A DNA stretch of 64,000 bases, taken from positions 1-64,000 of the forward strand of contig CAVZIW010000011.1 of the NCBI GenBank assembly GCA_963775465.1, in the 5' to 3' direction. The DNA is from Candidatus Bathyarchaeota archaeon (lineage in GTDB: Archaea > Thermoproteota > Bathyarchaeia > Bathyarchaeales > Bathycorpusculaceae). The translations under genes and the position numbers were made by a program. Positions 51,336 through 61,642 of the stretch are shown piece by piece. Every line of letters starts with the position of its first letter. Position 1 is the first letter of the stretch. Below the pieces are notes generated by a model. That model saw only the letters and a list, made by a program, of their open reading frames with translations, did no database searches and was not told the origin of the DNA.

Positions 51336-52343
51336 CTAATGAAGTCTACCTAGCTTCCAAGGAGTCGGATGCAATATTACGTCAGTTGCAAACGGAGTCC
51401 ACCAATGTTCATTTTCAATATACCACTTAACAGTAGATCTTAATGACTCCTCAAAGCTGAACTTAGGTTTCCAACCAAGCTCGTTTCGAATTTTTGATGA
51501 ATCTAAACTGTAACGAACATCATGCCCTGGGCGATCTTCGACAAATGTAATTAAGCTCTCAGGTTTTTTGAGTTCGTTCATTATTCTTTTAGCAATTTGC
51601 AGATTGCTTAGTTCGTTGCCAGCTGAGATATTGTATATTTCACCTGGTTTTCCTTTTTCTAGCACGACACTAATCCCTTCGCAGTGATCCTGGACGTAAA
51701 TCCAATCTCTTATGTTGTTACCCTTACCGTAAATGGGAATCGGCAAGTTCCTCAGTGCACGAATAACGGTTTTGGGAATTAGTTTTTCAGGCATCTGATA
51801 TTTTCCAAAATTATTAGTACATCTCGTAATTGAAATATTTAATCCGAAGGTTTTATGATAAGATAACACAAACATATCCGCGGCCGCCTTTGAAGCAGAG
51901 TATGGATTAGATGGTTTAGGCACAGTCGTTTCGGTGAACGAACCCTCTGTGGTTTCACCGTAAACTTCATCGGTGGAAACTTGCAAAAGCCGAGCTTTTT
52001 GGTTATGTCGTCTTATAGCTTCCAAAATTGTAAAAGTGCCCAATGTGTTGTTCTGTAAAAACAAATTGGGGTCAGATATGCTCCGGTCAACATGCGTTTC
52101 AGCTGCAAAGTTAACTATAACATCGACCTGGTGAATTAGACGATTCATGAGGTGTGGGTTGCATATGTCGCCTTTAATGAAGGTGTATCGTTTGTCATTT
52201 TCGATGTCACGCAGATTTGCCGGGTTAGCGCCTATTCCAATTTTGTCCACGTTTATCAATTCGTAGTCTGAGTGGGTTGCAAGCATAAGCTTGACAAAGT
52301 TGCTTCCGATAAATCCTAATCCGCCGGTCACTAACACTTTCAT
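51336..52343 (-). CDS. rfbB: dTDP-glucose 4,6-dehydratase
   Basis: GGLGFIG, AAETHVDRS, STDEVYG, YSASK, DRPGHD. Confidence 0.96.
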   Translation of the reverse strand: MKVLVTGGLGFIGSNFVKLMLATHSDYELINVDKIGIGANPANLRDIENDKRYTFIKGDICNPHLMNRLIHQVDVIVNFAAETHVDRSISDPNLFLQNNTLGTFTILEAIRRHNQKARLLQVSTDEVYGETTEGSFTETTVPKPSNPYSASKAAADMFVLSYHKTFGLNISITRCTNNFGKYQMPEKLIPKTVIRALRNLPIPIYGKGNNIRDWIYVQDHCEGISVVLEKGKPGEIYNISAGNELSNLQIAKRIMNELKKPESLITFVEDRPGHDVRYSLDSSKIRNELGWKPKFSFEESLRSTVKWYIENEHWWTPFATDVILHPTPWKLGRLH

Positions 52344-52345
52344 AG

Positions 52346-52600
52346 TTAATCACTTGTAAAGAAATAATTCCAGTCCCAACTTTTTTCGACCCGTGGTTCA
52401 TCTTTGTTGCTGACAAATTTATGGATAAACGTTGGATCGTTCCAAAGGCATTTTTCTCTGTCTGGAGCTTTAGCTTTATGCGGATTTGGGGTAAAATAAA
52501 GCAATATAGAAAGTTGATCGCCTAGCAGATTCATGTATTGAGCTCCTTTCTACACTATGCAATACTCTGGGTATTATTACTTGCTGTTGCCTTATGCTTT
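52346..52600 (-). pseudogene. Probable degraded remnant of an archaeal dTDP-4-dehydrorhamnose 3,5-epimerase (RfbC-like)
   Basis: Residual ORF ...LLYF..PD....WNDPT....DEPRVEKSWDW resembles, from memory, the C-terminus of archaeal RfbC-like cupins; directly upstream of rfbB; N-terminal part missing. Confidence 0.45.
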
Positions 52601-52604
52601 TGAG

Positions 52605-54197
52605 TTAAACGTGGAATATCTTCATCAACATCTCAATCAAGGTAACGAAAACATTCAGTAGCTTAGACAAGGGACCGAAACCTTTTGCTATTTGCCTAAT
52701 GTTAGTTAAGTCAGTTCTGTTGATGGTTCTGGTAATTATAGATATCAATATGAAGGCAATCGCAAAAATTAGTACACCGAATATTAGTTGTGTAAATAAT
52801 TGAATTAGACTACTTGATGGCAATAAAGATAATGAAAAATAGGTTAATAGCCCAGACAGACCTGAAGAAAACAGAATTTTTATTGAAGAACGCCAATCGA
52901 CTGAAACCCCAAAATTTTTCTTAATGAACCGCAGAGCAAAATACAAACTTGGAATACCAACAGTTGACGTAGCGACAATCAACCCAATAATACCAAATTG
53001 AAAGACCATCACAAAACTGAGAGGAAAACCAACTGCAACGGTAAGTATTGTTAAAATTAGATTGTATTTGGTGTATCCTTGTCCATTTATTAGGTTACCT
53101 GCACTGAGGCTTCCAAGCGCAGTAAATAGATAAGCCACAGATTGTAAAACAAGGAAAAGTGGTGCTTCAGGATACTTTGAACCAAAGAGAATAAAAATGC
53201 CAGGATGAGCAAGAGCCATAACTAGAAATGTAACTGGAACTACAATAAGAGCAGCATACTTTACAGAAAATTGAAAAACACTTTTAAGCAATTCACCTTC
53301 TTTCGCAGAGTCTAACTTAGAAAAAGCAGGAAAAAGCATTGTTGTTACAGGCGTAGCAAAGAAAGTTATTAAAACGACAAAGTTTGTTGAAACGGAATAA
53401 CTACCGATAAGAGAATTGTCAGTAACAAAATATGCCATTACGGCACTATAAAAATAGGCTAGAAAACCAGCTAGGATAGTGCCGATTGAAAGCGGTAGAC
53501 CATATTTAATCATGGTTTTTATGGTTTGCATTAATTCCAACTTAACGTGATTTGGATTAGGAAATTCACGATACATTGTAAAAACCAATAATACTCCAAC
53601 TATTCCAGCCGTTAAGACTGCTAAAATAAAACCGTCAATTGCTCCAAGAGTTCCTAGTCCTAACAAAACTAACCCAATTATTAAACCAGTCTTGAAGACT
53701 GATTGAATAATCAGCATAACACTGTTAAGATGCATTTTTTCCATGCCTGTGAATGCAGCGGTTGCTGTGCTTACTAATGCACCAGTTAGGATGAAAAATG
53801 AAGCTATTTGAATCAATTGTGTAATGGCAGGACGATTGTAAAATGTAGTGGCGAGAAATCCTGCAAGAACAAGAGATAGCAAAGAAAGCGCTAAACCCAA
53901 TATGATTTCAAACGCAAACCCAGCGACTAAAACGCTGCGGATTTTTGCTATGTTGTTTTCGCTTCGGTATTGCGCGGAATACTTAACAATGGCAGTGTTT
54001 ATTCCCCAATCCCTAAAATTTGCAATGAGGTTGGGAGCTGCAAGAGCAATCGCATATAAACCTAAATCACCAGGTGACAAGAGTCCGGCAAGAATTATTG
54101 TACCTACTGACGATACAACTGTGGATGCAACGAGACCCCATAATAGGTGAAAGCCGCCTTTCGCAGAAACTTTCGCCATCTCGGTTGCCTTAGACAA
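52605..54197 (-). CDS. Oligosaccharide flippase (Wzx/MOP family)
   Basis: About 14 TM helices; DWGINTAIVKY and LFPAFSKL motifs. Confidence 0.9.
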   Translation of the reverse strand: MSKATEMAKVSAKGGFHLLWGLVASTVVSSVGTIILAGLLSPGDLGLYAIALAAPNLIANFRDWGINTAIVKYSAQYRSENNIAKIRSVLVAGFAFEIILGLALSLLSLVLAGFLATTFYNRPAITQLIQIASFFILTGALVSTATAAFTGMEKMHLNSVMLIIQSVFKTGLIIGLVLLGLGTLGAIDGFILAVLTAGIVGVLLVFTMYREFPNPNHVKLELMQTIKTMIKYGLPLSIGTILAGFLAYFYSAVMAYFVTDNSLIGSYSVSTNFVVLITFFATPVTTMLFPAFSKLDSAKEGELLKSVFQFSVKYAALIVVPVTFLVMALAHPGIFILFGSKYPEAPLFLVLQSVAYLFTALGSLSAGNLINGQGYTKYNLILTILTVAVGFPLSFVMVFQFGIIGLIVATSTVGIPSLYFALRFIKKNFGVSVDWRSSIKILFSSGLSGLLTYFSLSLLPSSSLIQLFTQLIFGVLIFAIAFILISIITRTINRTDLTNIRQIAKGFGPLSKLLNVFVTLIEMLMKIFHV

Positions 54198-54528
54198 TCA
54201 ACTTTATCTCCTTGTCATCCATTAAATTAGATGTTCTTGTTAGCGAGGTTCTGTTTATCACTTTTGGTTTTAACTGGAAAAACTAAGGTTTGATTCAAAG
54301 GCACCAGAGCTTTCCTTTACTCGAAAAGTATTAAATTCTGGTATAACAGTCAATCGCCATAAATATGGCTCTGTAAAGACTGTGATAACCAGTTATTAAC
54401 TAATTTTTTAAGAAAGAAAGATGCAAACGAAGCAAGCTGGGTCTTAACATTCTAATTGAAAAACAGCGACATTTCCATTATGACAATCCTTTTATCACTA
54501 AAAAAGTCACTTGATTAAATGGATGTTT

Positions 54529-54957
54529 ATGCCAACAATAAAAGATATTATGACTAAAGAGGTTGTAACAATCGAAACTAGTAAAACCGTTTTTGAAGCG
54601 GCTAAGCTAATGTCCTCTAAGGGCGTAAGCTGCCTAGTCGTTGTTATTCAAGCCTTTCCTGTTGGAATCATTACTGAACGCGACATTGTTAGAAGAATCG
54701 TAGCAAAACGGAGCTCTCTTGACGTTAAAGTTACTGAAGTTATGACTAAGACACTCATAACAGTCGACCCGAACTCCTCGTTAAAAGAATCTGCAAGAAT
54801 AATGTCAAACAACAAAATAAGACGATTACCCGTTCTAAAGAACAATAAATTGGTCGGAATTGTAGCGGCTTCAGATTTTGTGCGAAACGTAGGTAAAAAA
54901 ACAACAACAGAAGAAATCTTGGATGCACTGGGACGTAACTCAATAAAACCCAAGTAG
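54529..54957 (+). CDS. CBS-pair domain protein
   Basis: IKDIMT..VGIITERD and EVMT..IRRLPV..LVGIV. Confidence 0.92.
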   Translation: MPTIKDIMTKEVVTIETSKTVFEAAKLMSSKGVSCLVVVIQAFPVGIITERDIVRRIVAKRSSLDVKVTEVMTKTLITVDPNSSLKESARIMSNNKIRRLPVLKNNKLVGIVAASDFVRNVGKKTTTEEILDALGRNSIKPK

Positions 54958-54986
54958 CAACTTTTCGTTTTTTAAGCTCTTTATTT

Positions 54987-55499
54987 TTAGATTCCGCAAT
55001 AGTTACTCCCCCTTGAGACTATTGTTTTATTTTTTCGTCTCATCACAAGCAGTATTAGAGCAGAGCCAAAGATTGAGAGAAAGATGGGTATTATCAGGTA
55101 ATCAAGAGATATTCTAGATGGGTAGCTGTCCCTTTTTCCTTCGAACAGTTCAGGTGTTGTCTGATAACTAAAAGTCACCGAAATTGTATTTTGGAGATCA
55201 TTTTCAAAGTTTAAGATGTAAGTACCGTTCTGTTGTGCAACTAATCCGAAGCTGGTCGGTACGTCGATTAAGCCCAAATTGATGACTTGTTCGCCGTTTG
55301 GCGCATTCATCCAAACACGGACGCTACCGGTTGCTGAAACAGAACCGTTAAAGATTGATCCGACCGAAAGTACATACAACAATTGCCCAGTTGAATGATT
55401 GAGATTAAAAGGTTCAACTTCGGTAGCTTGTGCAGGAAAAACCAGAATAATCATCAGAACTACGAGCAAAATAAAAGTTAACACTTTGGTTTTCTTCAA
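54987..55499 (-). CDS. Secreted beta-sandwich (GOLD-like) protein with C-terminal TM anchor
   Basis: Signal peptide, GTYILNFEN motif, C-terminal TM plus basic tail. Confidence 0.65.
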   Translation of the reverse strand: MKKTKVLTFILLVVLMIILVFPAQATEVEPFNLNHSTGQLLYVLSVGSIFNGSVSATGSVRVWMNAPNGEQVINLGLIDVPTSFGLVAQQNGTYILNFENDLQNTISVTFSYQTTPELFEGKRDSYPSRISLDYLIIPIFLSIFGSALILLVMRRKNKTIVSRGSNYCGI

Positions 55500-55594
55500 G
55501 CCTAATCCCTTTAAACATTAGGAAAGTAGAGACCGCCCTTATTAACAATCTCACAAAAGATCAAGAAATGCTTAAAAAATCAATTGTGACACCT

Positions 55595-55672
55595 TGGCGG
55601 GTCCGATGGGATTTGAACCCATGACTTTCAGCTTAGAAGGCTGACGCGCTATCCGTACTGCGCCACGGACCC
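55595..55672 (-). tRNA. tRNA-Arg(UCU)
   Basis: GGGTCCG acceptor stem, TCAGC-CTTCTAA-GCTGA anticodon arm, GGTTCAAATCC, encoded CCA. Confidence 0.96.
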
Positions 55673-55789
55673 ACAAGAGCTTTGATTATGTGGAGACACT
55701 TGCACATATAATTTTACCTGTTGTTTTGCGTTAAAACACAAAATCTTTCAACCGGAAAACGAAGCAATTAAAAGCCAGAACAAAAAAAG

Positions 55790-56899
55790 TTAGGTTTTCC
55801 AATCTGGCCCAGCCTTTTTGCCCAAAGCCAACACTTGAATGTGACCGATAATGATTATTATCATCCATACGCTGGAGTAAAAGAAGTAATATACAAAGAG
55901 TTCATGCAATTTTACTTCTCGAAAACCAAGCTTTCTAGCGAACCCATAGAAGATAGCGGCAGTTATAGCAAACCCAGATAGGGATATTAGAAGTATTTTG
56001 AGGGCGTCTGCAGTGGCTAAAGAGAGGAGAAAAACTGGGAGAGCAAAGTTGAATTTCACTGACAAAAATAGTGATACAACTAACAAGGAATTGTACATCC
56101 AAAGACTAGGAATTACTGCACTTAAAACGAAAACGGCTACAGATGGATACAAGAAAAAGAGGCTGGGTAAGAAAACTTGAGGTTTTCTAATGAACCTTTT
56201 AGCAAGCGGTTTGTACCAGTCTTTTAGCCATAGTGCTTGTCCAATTGCCCACCTTCTTCGCTGAGTAAACCATTTCTTCCAACCTGAATGTACAACGTTT
56301 TGGACCTCAACATCATGTGTATAAGCAAAAGAACTATCATCAAGAAAAGCTCTTGTAGCAATATCAATATCTTCAGCAACAACTTTTCGAAAACCATGAA
56401 CCTGCTCGAATTTTTCACGTTTTATTGCAAAAGCGGCACCGTTTACTGCTGGACACTTGTGCATAAACCTCGAAGCTAACCAGGCGCTTATGTTAAAAGT
56501 CAAATACTCATAATATGCCATTTTGGAGAGAAACGAATTGCCCTTGGTGACTTTCTTTTTTATGTCCAGAACATCAGTTTGCTGCATTTTCATTACAATT
56601 TTCCGTAAATAGTCAGAATCGTTTGGTATTCCAACATCAGAATCCAAGAAAAGAAGCACTTTTCCCGAGGACAACTTTACAGTATTATTCAACGCGTTAG
56701 CCTTTCCAACACGTTCTTTGTTTTGAAGGAACTTCACATCTTTTTGTTCAAGTTGCCTGATTTCTTGACTAAACTCTTCGGTGGGTTGGTCTACGGTTAC
56801 AAAAATCTCTTTAGAAACATTCTGTGAAACCAGTCTTTTTAGCATCCCCGATAGTTGATCGGATTGCTTGTAAACGGGGATGAAAATGCTGATGTCCAC
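55790..56899 (-). CDS. GT2-family membrane glycosyltransferase
   Basis: IPVY, GKANALN, DSD, AED, QRRRW (D,D,D,QxxRW pattern), C-terminal TMs. Confidence 0.9.
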   Translation of the reverse strand: MDISIFIPVYKQSDQLSGMLKRLVSQNVSKEIFVTVDQPTEEFSQEIRQLEQKDVKFLQNKERVGKANALNNTVKLSSGKVLLFLDSDVGIPNDSDYLRKIVMKMQQTDVLDIKKKVTKGNSFLSKMAYYEYLTFNISAWLASRFMHKCPAVNGAAFAIKREKFEQVHGFRKVVAEDIDIATRAFLDDSSFAYTHDVEVQNVVHSGWKKWFTQRRRWAIGQALWLKDWYKPLAKRFIRKPQVFLPSLFFLYPSVAVFVLSAVIPSLWMYNSLLVVSLFLSVKFNFALPVFLLSLATADALKILLISLSGFAITAAIFYGFARKLGFREVKLHELFVYYFFYSSVWMIIIIIGHIQVLALGKKAGPDWKT

Positions 56900-57002
56900 A
56901 ATTATTCCTCAGTCAGTCGAATAAACGTACAAAGTTAATTTTAAGGGTTGCCTTTTTAAATCATTCGATAATTAAGTGACAAGTCGATGGTTTTTCATGA
57001 AG

Positions 57003-57560
57003 TCAGAGAGGAATGCATCTTTGCATCTGCCACAATTTTTCAGCAGCAACCTGCGAAATTGGCCCGACCCGAACAAGAATTTCAGCTTCATGACCATCAT
57101 TTTCGAAATCTTCTTCACTAAACAAAAGTTTTTCCTCACATTTTGAGCCTAAGAGCTTTGCTAATTTCAAGAAGTTTTTTCTAGACGTTTTGTTTGAAGG
57201 ATTTACCGTACCCTCGAAATATTTCGCATTTACCCTTCTTATTTGGTAAAGAAGCAAGCGTAATTGTAGACCATGTCCTCGGTAATCTTGATGAACCACT
57301 ATTTCCCAACTGAAAAAAGTGTTAGGTCTATTCGGCGGTACATAACCTGACGAAAACGCAATTATTTTGCCTTCATGTTCAGCAACGACGCAAGTATTTG
57401 AGAAATCTTTTGCTAAAAGAAAATAGGTGTAGCGGGAATTTAACCCAACGTATGGTCTGTTTGTTATTAGCAACTTGTAGACTTCTTTTACGTCTTCAAT
57501 TTTTATGTTCCTGATATTGAAAATCAAGATTTCTTTGTTTTTAGACATAAAACACTTCAT
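57003..57560 (-). CDS. ectA: EctA-like (diaminobutyrate acetyltransferase family) GNAT
   Basis: [53 protein letters not shown] closely follow the EctA consensus. Confidence 0.82.
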   Translation of the reverse strand: MKCFMSKNKEILIFNIRNIKIEDVKEVYKLLITNRPYVGLNSRYTYFLLAKDFSNTCVVAEHEGKIIAFSSGYVPPNRPNTFFSWEIVVHQDYRGHGLQLRLLLYQIRRVNAKYFEGTVNPSNKTSRKNFLKLAKLLGSKCEEKLLFSEEDFENDGHEAEILVRVGPISQVAAEKLWQMQRCIPL

Positions 57561-58897
57561 TGCTGCTTAACTTTTTTGGCTCTTCGCTCTAAACGCATGT
57601 TTCCACGGGGTACAAGCGAAATTTCGTCATTTGAATCAGTTAATAACCTTTCAATGCCTATAGTTTTTGTTTCGTCACCCTCATCCAATTTCAACTGTAA
57701 GTGACAGTCATCACATTTTCTGTCGCAGAAAATTGGTTCATAGCTGTCAGGTTCTTTGTAGGTGGTTATGATGCCCTCGTAATTTCTTAAGACAACTTTG
57801 TTTGTGGACCAAGAAACGATGTAGTTTGGCATTACTGGGATTTTTCCGCCTCCACCTGGAGCATCGATTACGTATGTTGGTACTGCAAACCCGCTTGTGT
57901 GCCCTACTAAGCTTTCGATTATTTCTATACCCTTTCCGATGGGTGTTCTGAAATGAGAGAGTCCTTCAGAGAGGTCACATTGGAACAGATAATAGGGTCG
58001 AACCCTGTTTTGTACGAGTTTTTGATTGAGTTTTTTCATGATTCTGGGACAGTCGTTAACACCTGCCAACAGCACAGACTGGTTTCCGAGCGGAATTCCT
58101 GCATCTGCCAACTTACGTAGTGCTTCCTGAGCCGAATGTGTAAGTTCCCTGGGGTGGTTAAAATGAGTATTCAACCAAATTGGATGATGCTTTTTGAGCA
58201 TGTTCACTAGTTCGTCGGTTATTCGATATGGAAGAACCACTGGGATTCTTGAGCCAATCCGTATTATTTCTACATGTGGAATCTTTCTTAATTCTGTCAA
58301 AATCCAGTCCAAGTATTCATCAGGCAACATGAGAGGGTCTCCACCTGAAAGCAGAACATCACGGATTTGATGGTTGTTTTTGATGTAGTTTATTCCTTCG
58401 AGTATTTGTTTTTTTGAGGGGATAAGTTCAGGGTCACCGACTTTTCTTTTCCGGGTACAGTGCCTACAATACATTGAACAACGATTACTGACCAAAAAAA
58501 GCACTCTATCAGGATACCGATGGGTTATCCCTTTAGTAGGACTATCCTTGTCTTCGTGCAAGGGATCAGACATATCGTATCGTGAAATAGTAAGTTCAGC
58601 AGGGTCAGGAAATGATTGTTTGAATATTGGGTCATTGCAATAATTCTCTTTCTCTATTAAAGAAGCATAGTAAGGAGTTATGTTGAGGGGGAATTTGCTA
58701 ATTGTTTTTTCAAGTTCTCTATGTTCTTCTTCTGTAAAAGTAATACCTGTGAACTTTTCAAAAGCAGAAATGGTTTTAATCGAATTGGCTAGCTGCCACT
58801 TGTAATCTTTCCATTCGCTAAGCGTTATGGGCTTATCAACGTTTTCTGCCATGTATGAATGAAAACTCTTCAGCTTTTCAGTTTTTTTAGAAATCAT
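57557..58897 (-). CDS. kamA: Lysine 2,3-aminomutase (radical SAM, AblA/KamA)
   Basis: [38 protein letters not shown] (PLP Lys), C-terminal CDRKCDDC. Confidence 0.96.
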   Translation of the reverse strand: MISKKTEKLKSFHSYMAENVDKPITLSEWKDYKWQLANSIKTISAFEKFTGITFTEEEHRELEKTISKFPLNITPYYASLIEKENYCNDPIFKQSFPDPAELTISRYDMSDPLHEDKDSPTKGITHRYPDRVLFLVSNRCSMYCRHCTRKRKVGDPELIPSKKQILEGINYIKNNHQIRDVLLSGGDPLMLPDEYLDWILTELRKIPHVEIIRIGSRIPVVLPYRITDELVNMLKKHHPIWLNTHFNHPRELTHSAQEALRKLADAGIPLGNQSVLLAGVNDCPRIMKKLNQKLVQNRVRPYYLFQCDLSEGLSHFRTPIGKGIEIIESLVGHTSGFAVPTYVIDAPGGGGKIPVMPNYIVSWSTNKVVLRNYEGIITTYKEPDSYEPIFCDRKCDDCHLQLKLDEGDETKTIGIERLLTDSNDEISLVPRGNMRLERRAKKVKQQ

Positions 58898-59141
58898 ATA
58901 ACTAATTTCCTCTACTTAGAATAATTTTTGAATAAGCAAATCACCACTTTTATATCTTTTTTGACAAATATCCGTTTTTCAACAAAAAAAACACAAATTG
59001 CTGTGAAAAGGATAAAGCTTCAAAAACAAAACAGCGCCCAACATATGTGGACCTTTATTCAAATTGTTCTCAGTTCATCTCTTTTTTATAATGATTCCTA
59101 TAGGTAAATTATTATTCGTGGCAACCGAATCTATCAACACT

Positions 59142-60152
59142 ATGACGAAAGTCAAGGCTATCAGTTTACTTTCTGGTGGATTAGACAGCATCCTTGCCAC
59201 AGAACTCATCCGGCGACAAGGAATTGAAGTGATAACTCTTAACGTTAAAACACCTTTCGGGATTCCTAAAAAAGACGGTACAAGTGATGCTGCCGAAGCT
59301 GCCAAACAACTAAAAGTTCCCCTAAAAGTCCTCACTGCCGAAGGTGATTACATTCGGATGCTGCGTAAGCCAAATCATGGGTATGGCAAAAACCTAAATC
59401 CATGTGTAGACTGCAAAATTTTCATCTTAAAAAAAGCAAAAAAATACGCTAAAGAAATCGGTGCTGACTTCCTCTTTACCGGAGAAGTTTTGGGTGAGCG
59501 TCCTATGTCCCAACATTTTCTCGCCCTCAAGATTATTGCAAAAGAATCTGGGTTAAAAGGAAAACTCTTACGTCCACTGTCAGCAAAACTATTGCCCGAA
59601 ACAGAAGCAGAAAAAAAAGGGATAGTTGACAGAAACAAATTGCTAAACATTCAGGGCAGGTCGAGGAAGCCTCAGCTTGAGCTTGCCAAGAAATATGAGA
59701 TTACAACTTTTCCGTCTCCCGCTGGCGGATGTCTATTAACTTGCGAAGAATATACAAAGAAACTTCGAGATCTATTCAACAACAAAAAACGCATTTCGAT
59801 GGCGGATGTTACTTTGCTTCGTTTTGGCAGGCATTTTAGACTCGGAAAAAACAAGATAATCGTCGGAAGAAATGAATCAGAAAACAAGTTTTTGGCCAAT
59901 AATAAAATGCCAACAGACTTTTCTTTTGAACTCTCTGACGTCGTGGGACCCACAACTCTTTTGCAGGGACCAAAAACCAAAAAAGCCATTGAAACCGCCG
60001 CTAAATTAACAGCTTCTTACTCAGACGCCAAATCGGGTAAAGTTACTGTAAAGTATGGTAGAGACTACCTCAACCAAACAGTAATTGTAGATTTGCCCCA
60101 GAAGGCTGAGGTAGAAAGACTACGAGTGGGAAATGAAAAAACCAAAAAATAG
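59142..60152 (+). CDS. PP-loop tRNA thiolase (ThiI/MnmA-like, DUF814-type C-terminus)
   Basis: SGGLDS, NPCVDC, GEVLGERPMSQ, PAGGC, GRHFR. Confidence 0.85.
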   Translation: MTKVKAISLLSGGLDSILATELIRRQGIEVITLNVKTPFGIPKKDGTSDAAEAAKQLKVPLKVLTAEGDYIRMLRKPNHGYGKNLNPCVDCKIFILKKAKKYAKEIGADFLFTGEVLGERPMSQHFLALKIIAKESGLKGKLLRPLSAKLLPETEAEKKGIVDRNKLLNIQGRSRKPQLELAKKYEITTFPSPAGGCLLTCEEYTKKLRDLFNNKKRISMADVTLLRFGRHFRLGKNKIIVGRNESENKFLANNKMPTDFSFELSDVVGPTTLLQGPKTKKAIETAAKLTASYSDAKSGKVTVKYGRDYLNQTVIVDLPQKAEVERLRVGNEKTKK

Positions 60153-60215
60153 TACATAATAAAAAACCAGATAATTCCCTGCCTTTCTGGAAAGACCCAA
60201 TTATCTTTAATAAAA

Positions 60216-60926
60216 TTATTCTTTCCTCATTGCATCTACCTTCAGATCTTTAGGCATCAGTTCAATAGCGTACCTCAAAGCGATTCGCGGCATAATTTTG
60301 CGGTTCTTAATAACATAGTTATAGACTTCCTTGAGGTGTTTTCTGCTTTCCTCTTTGAGAAGCCACCCATAGCCCTTCTGCACCATATCATCCTCATCTA
60401 CCAAAAGTATGTCACAAATTTCGAGGGCCTCCTTTAGGAACAAACCTTTTTTGGCCGGAACAATAAGTGAAACTGAGGAAGCTCGTTTGAGCCAGCGATT
60501 ATCGCTTTTAGACCAACGCTTTAATTCAGTGATAGTTTGTGGATATTTTTGGATTAGGTCGCCGATAGTGTGATTACAGAACCCATCGCATTTAGCCCAA
60601 TTATTAATATATTCTTCAATCCAGCATTTGAAAATCAGCAAGTCAGCAGGCTCGAGGCATTCAATGTAGCGTGGAAGCCAAAATGCAACTACAAAAGCTT
60701 CTTCGGTGTAGTCTGAACGATATAGTTCTTCGCATATCTTGAAAATAGCTTGTTTGTCGAGAGCTTTCACTTGAAGCCAATATTTTTTAGCTATTTTCCC
60801 AACTGTCTCTGTTTTGACACCGTAGAATTTTGTCTGTTCTTTGAAGAAACGTTGAGTACTTTTTTTTACTTTTTCATCAGCGTTTTCTTTTAGGTCTGCT
60901 CTTATTTGCAGCAGGATATTATTCAT
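60216..60926 (-). CDS. AlkD-like DNA alkylation repair protein
   Basis: NNWAKCD, WLKRA, VQKGYGWLLKE, LRYAIE. Confidence 0.9.
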   Translation of the reverse strand: MNNILLQIRADLKENADEKVKKSTQRFFKEQTKFYGVKTETVGKIAKKYWLQVKALDKQAIFKICEELYRSDYTEEAFVVAFWLPRYIECLEPADLLIFKCWIEEYINNWAKCDGFCNHTIGDLIQKYPQTITELKRWSKSDNRWLKRASSVSLIVPAKKGLFLKEALEICDILLVDEDDMVQKGYGWLLKEESRKHLKEVYNYVIKNRKIMPRIALRYAIELMPKDLKVDAMRKE

Positions 60927-60991
60927 GAAAGAAAAAGTCTTCTTTTAAAATATGAGCTTTTCTTAAAAAATGAAATTAAAGAAAAGAGGGA

Positions 60992-61288
60992 TTAGAAATC
61001 TTCCATCTGGTAGAGACCAAAATCAACGTCTAACGTTTTTTCTGATCCGCAACTGTCTTCTAAATCATAAAGATGACTTGTTGTTTTCTCTAACTCACTT
61101 TTCTTAACTGTCAATTTTGTCTTAACCATCCTTGATTTTACTTTACCTTTTGGTTTACGGATTACATTGGTTGAATCGATGACAATGCTGTCATCGATGA
61201 TTTTTGGTATGACCTCAACTTTGACGTCGTCCACGCTTAAATCGCATTTCAAATCATCATGAACATGGTCATGTTCTTGTTTAGTCAA
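60992..61288 (-). CDS. Hypothetical 98 aa protein, possible FtsZ-tail-like relic
   Basis: TTG start overlapping the RHH gene's stop, GGAGG upstream; low-complexity body with an acidic-hydrophobic tail. Confidence 0.6.
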   Translation of the reverse strand: MTKQEHDHVHDDLKCDLSVDDVKVEVIPKIIDDSIVIDSTNVIRKPKGKVKSRMVKTKLTVKKSELEKTTSHLYDLEDSCGSEKTLDVDFGLYQMEDF

Positions 61289-61436
61289 CGCCTTTACGCC
61301 TCCAGACTTCAGCGCTAATCAGGTCTCGAATTGCGACTCGGATCGCTTCGGCACGGTTAGGATAGAACCGCTCGCCAACCAACTGGTCCAAAGCTTTTAT
61401 ATACGTTTCAGGCAGATACAGAGTAATTAATTTCAT
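61281..61436 (-). CDS. Ribbon-helix-helix regulator, CdrS-like (absent from the ORF track)
   Basis: Manual translation MKLITLYLPETYIKALDQLVGERFYPNRAEAIRVAIRDLISAEVWRRKGVD; GGGAG RBS. Confidence 0.88.
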   Translation of the reverse strand: MKLITLYLPETYIKALDQLVGERFYPNRAEAIRVAIRDLISAEVWRRKGVD

Positions 61437-61642
61437 ATGGGATATAACTCCCTAAGTTTTATGAACATACAACGCTAATTGTAGGTTATACTTCTATATA
61501 TCATGTGGCAAATATGAATATAACATGTTCGTTCCTTAACTTATAAATCAAGAAACATGTATTTTGCAAGTTCCTGTTAATTCATGCACCTCAAAGACTA
61601 CGTTTTTATTTCTTGTTGAAGCAACTAACTACTTAGATAACC

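Noticed and set aside
16599-55672. tRNA introns, and att duplications for tRNA-Gln and tRNA-Arg
   Set aside because: All three tRNAs fold uninterrupted at 76-78 nt, and I saw no duplicated 3' ends for Gln or Arg by eye.
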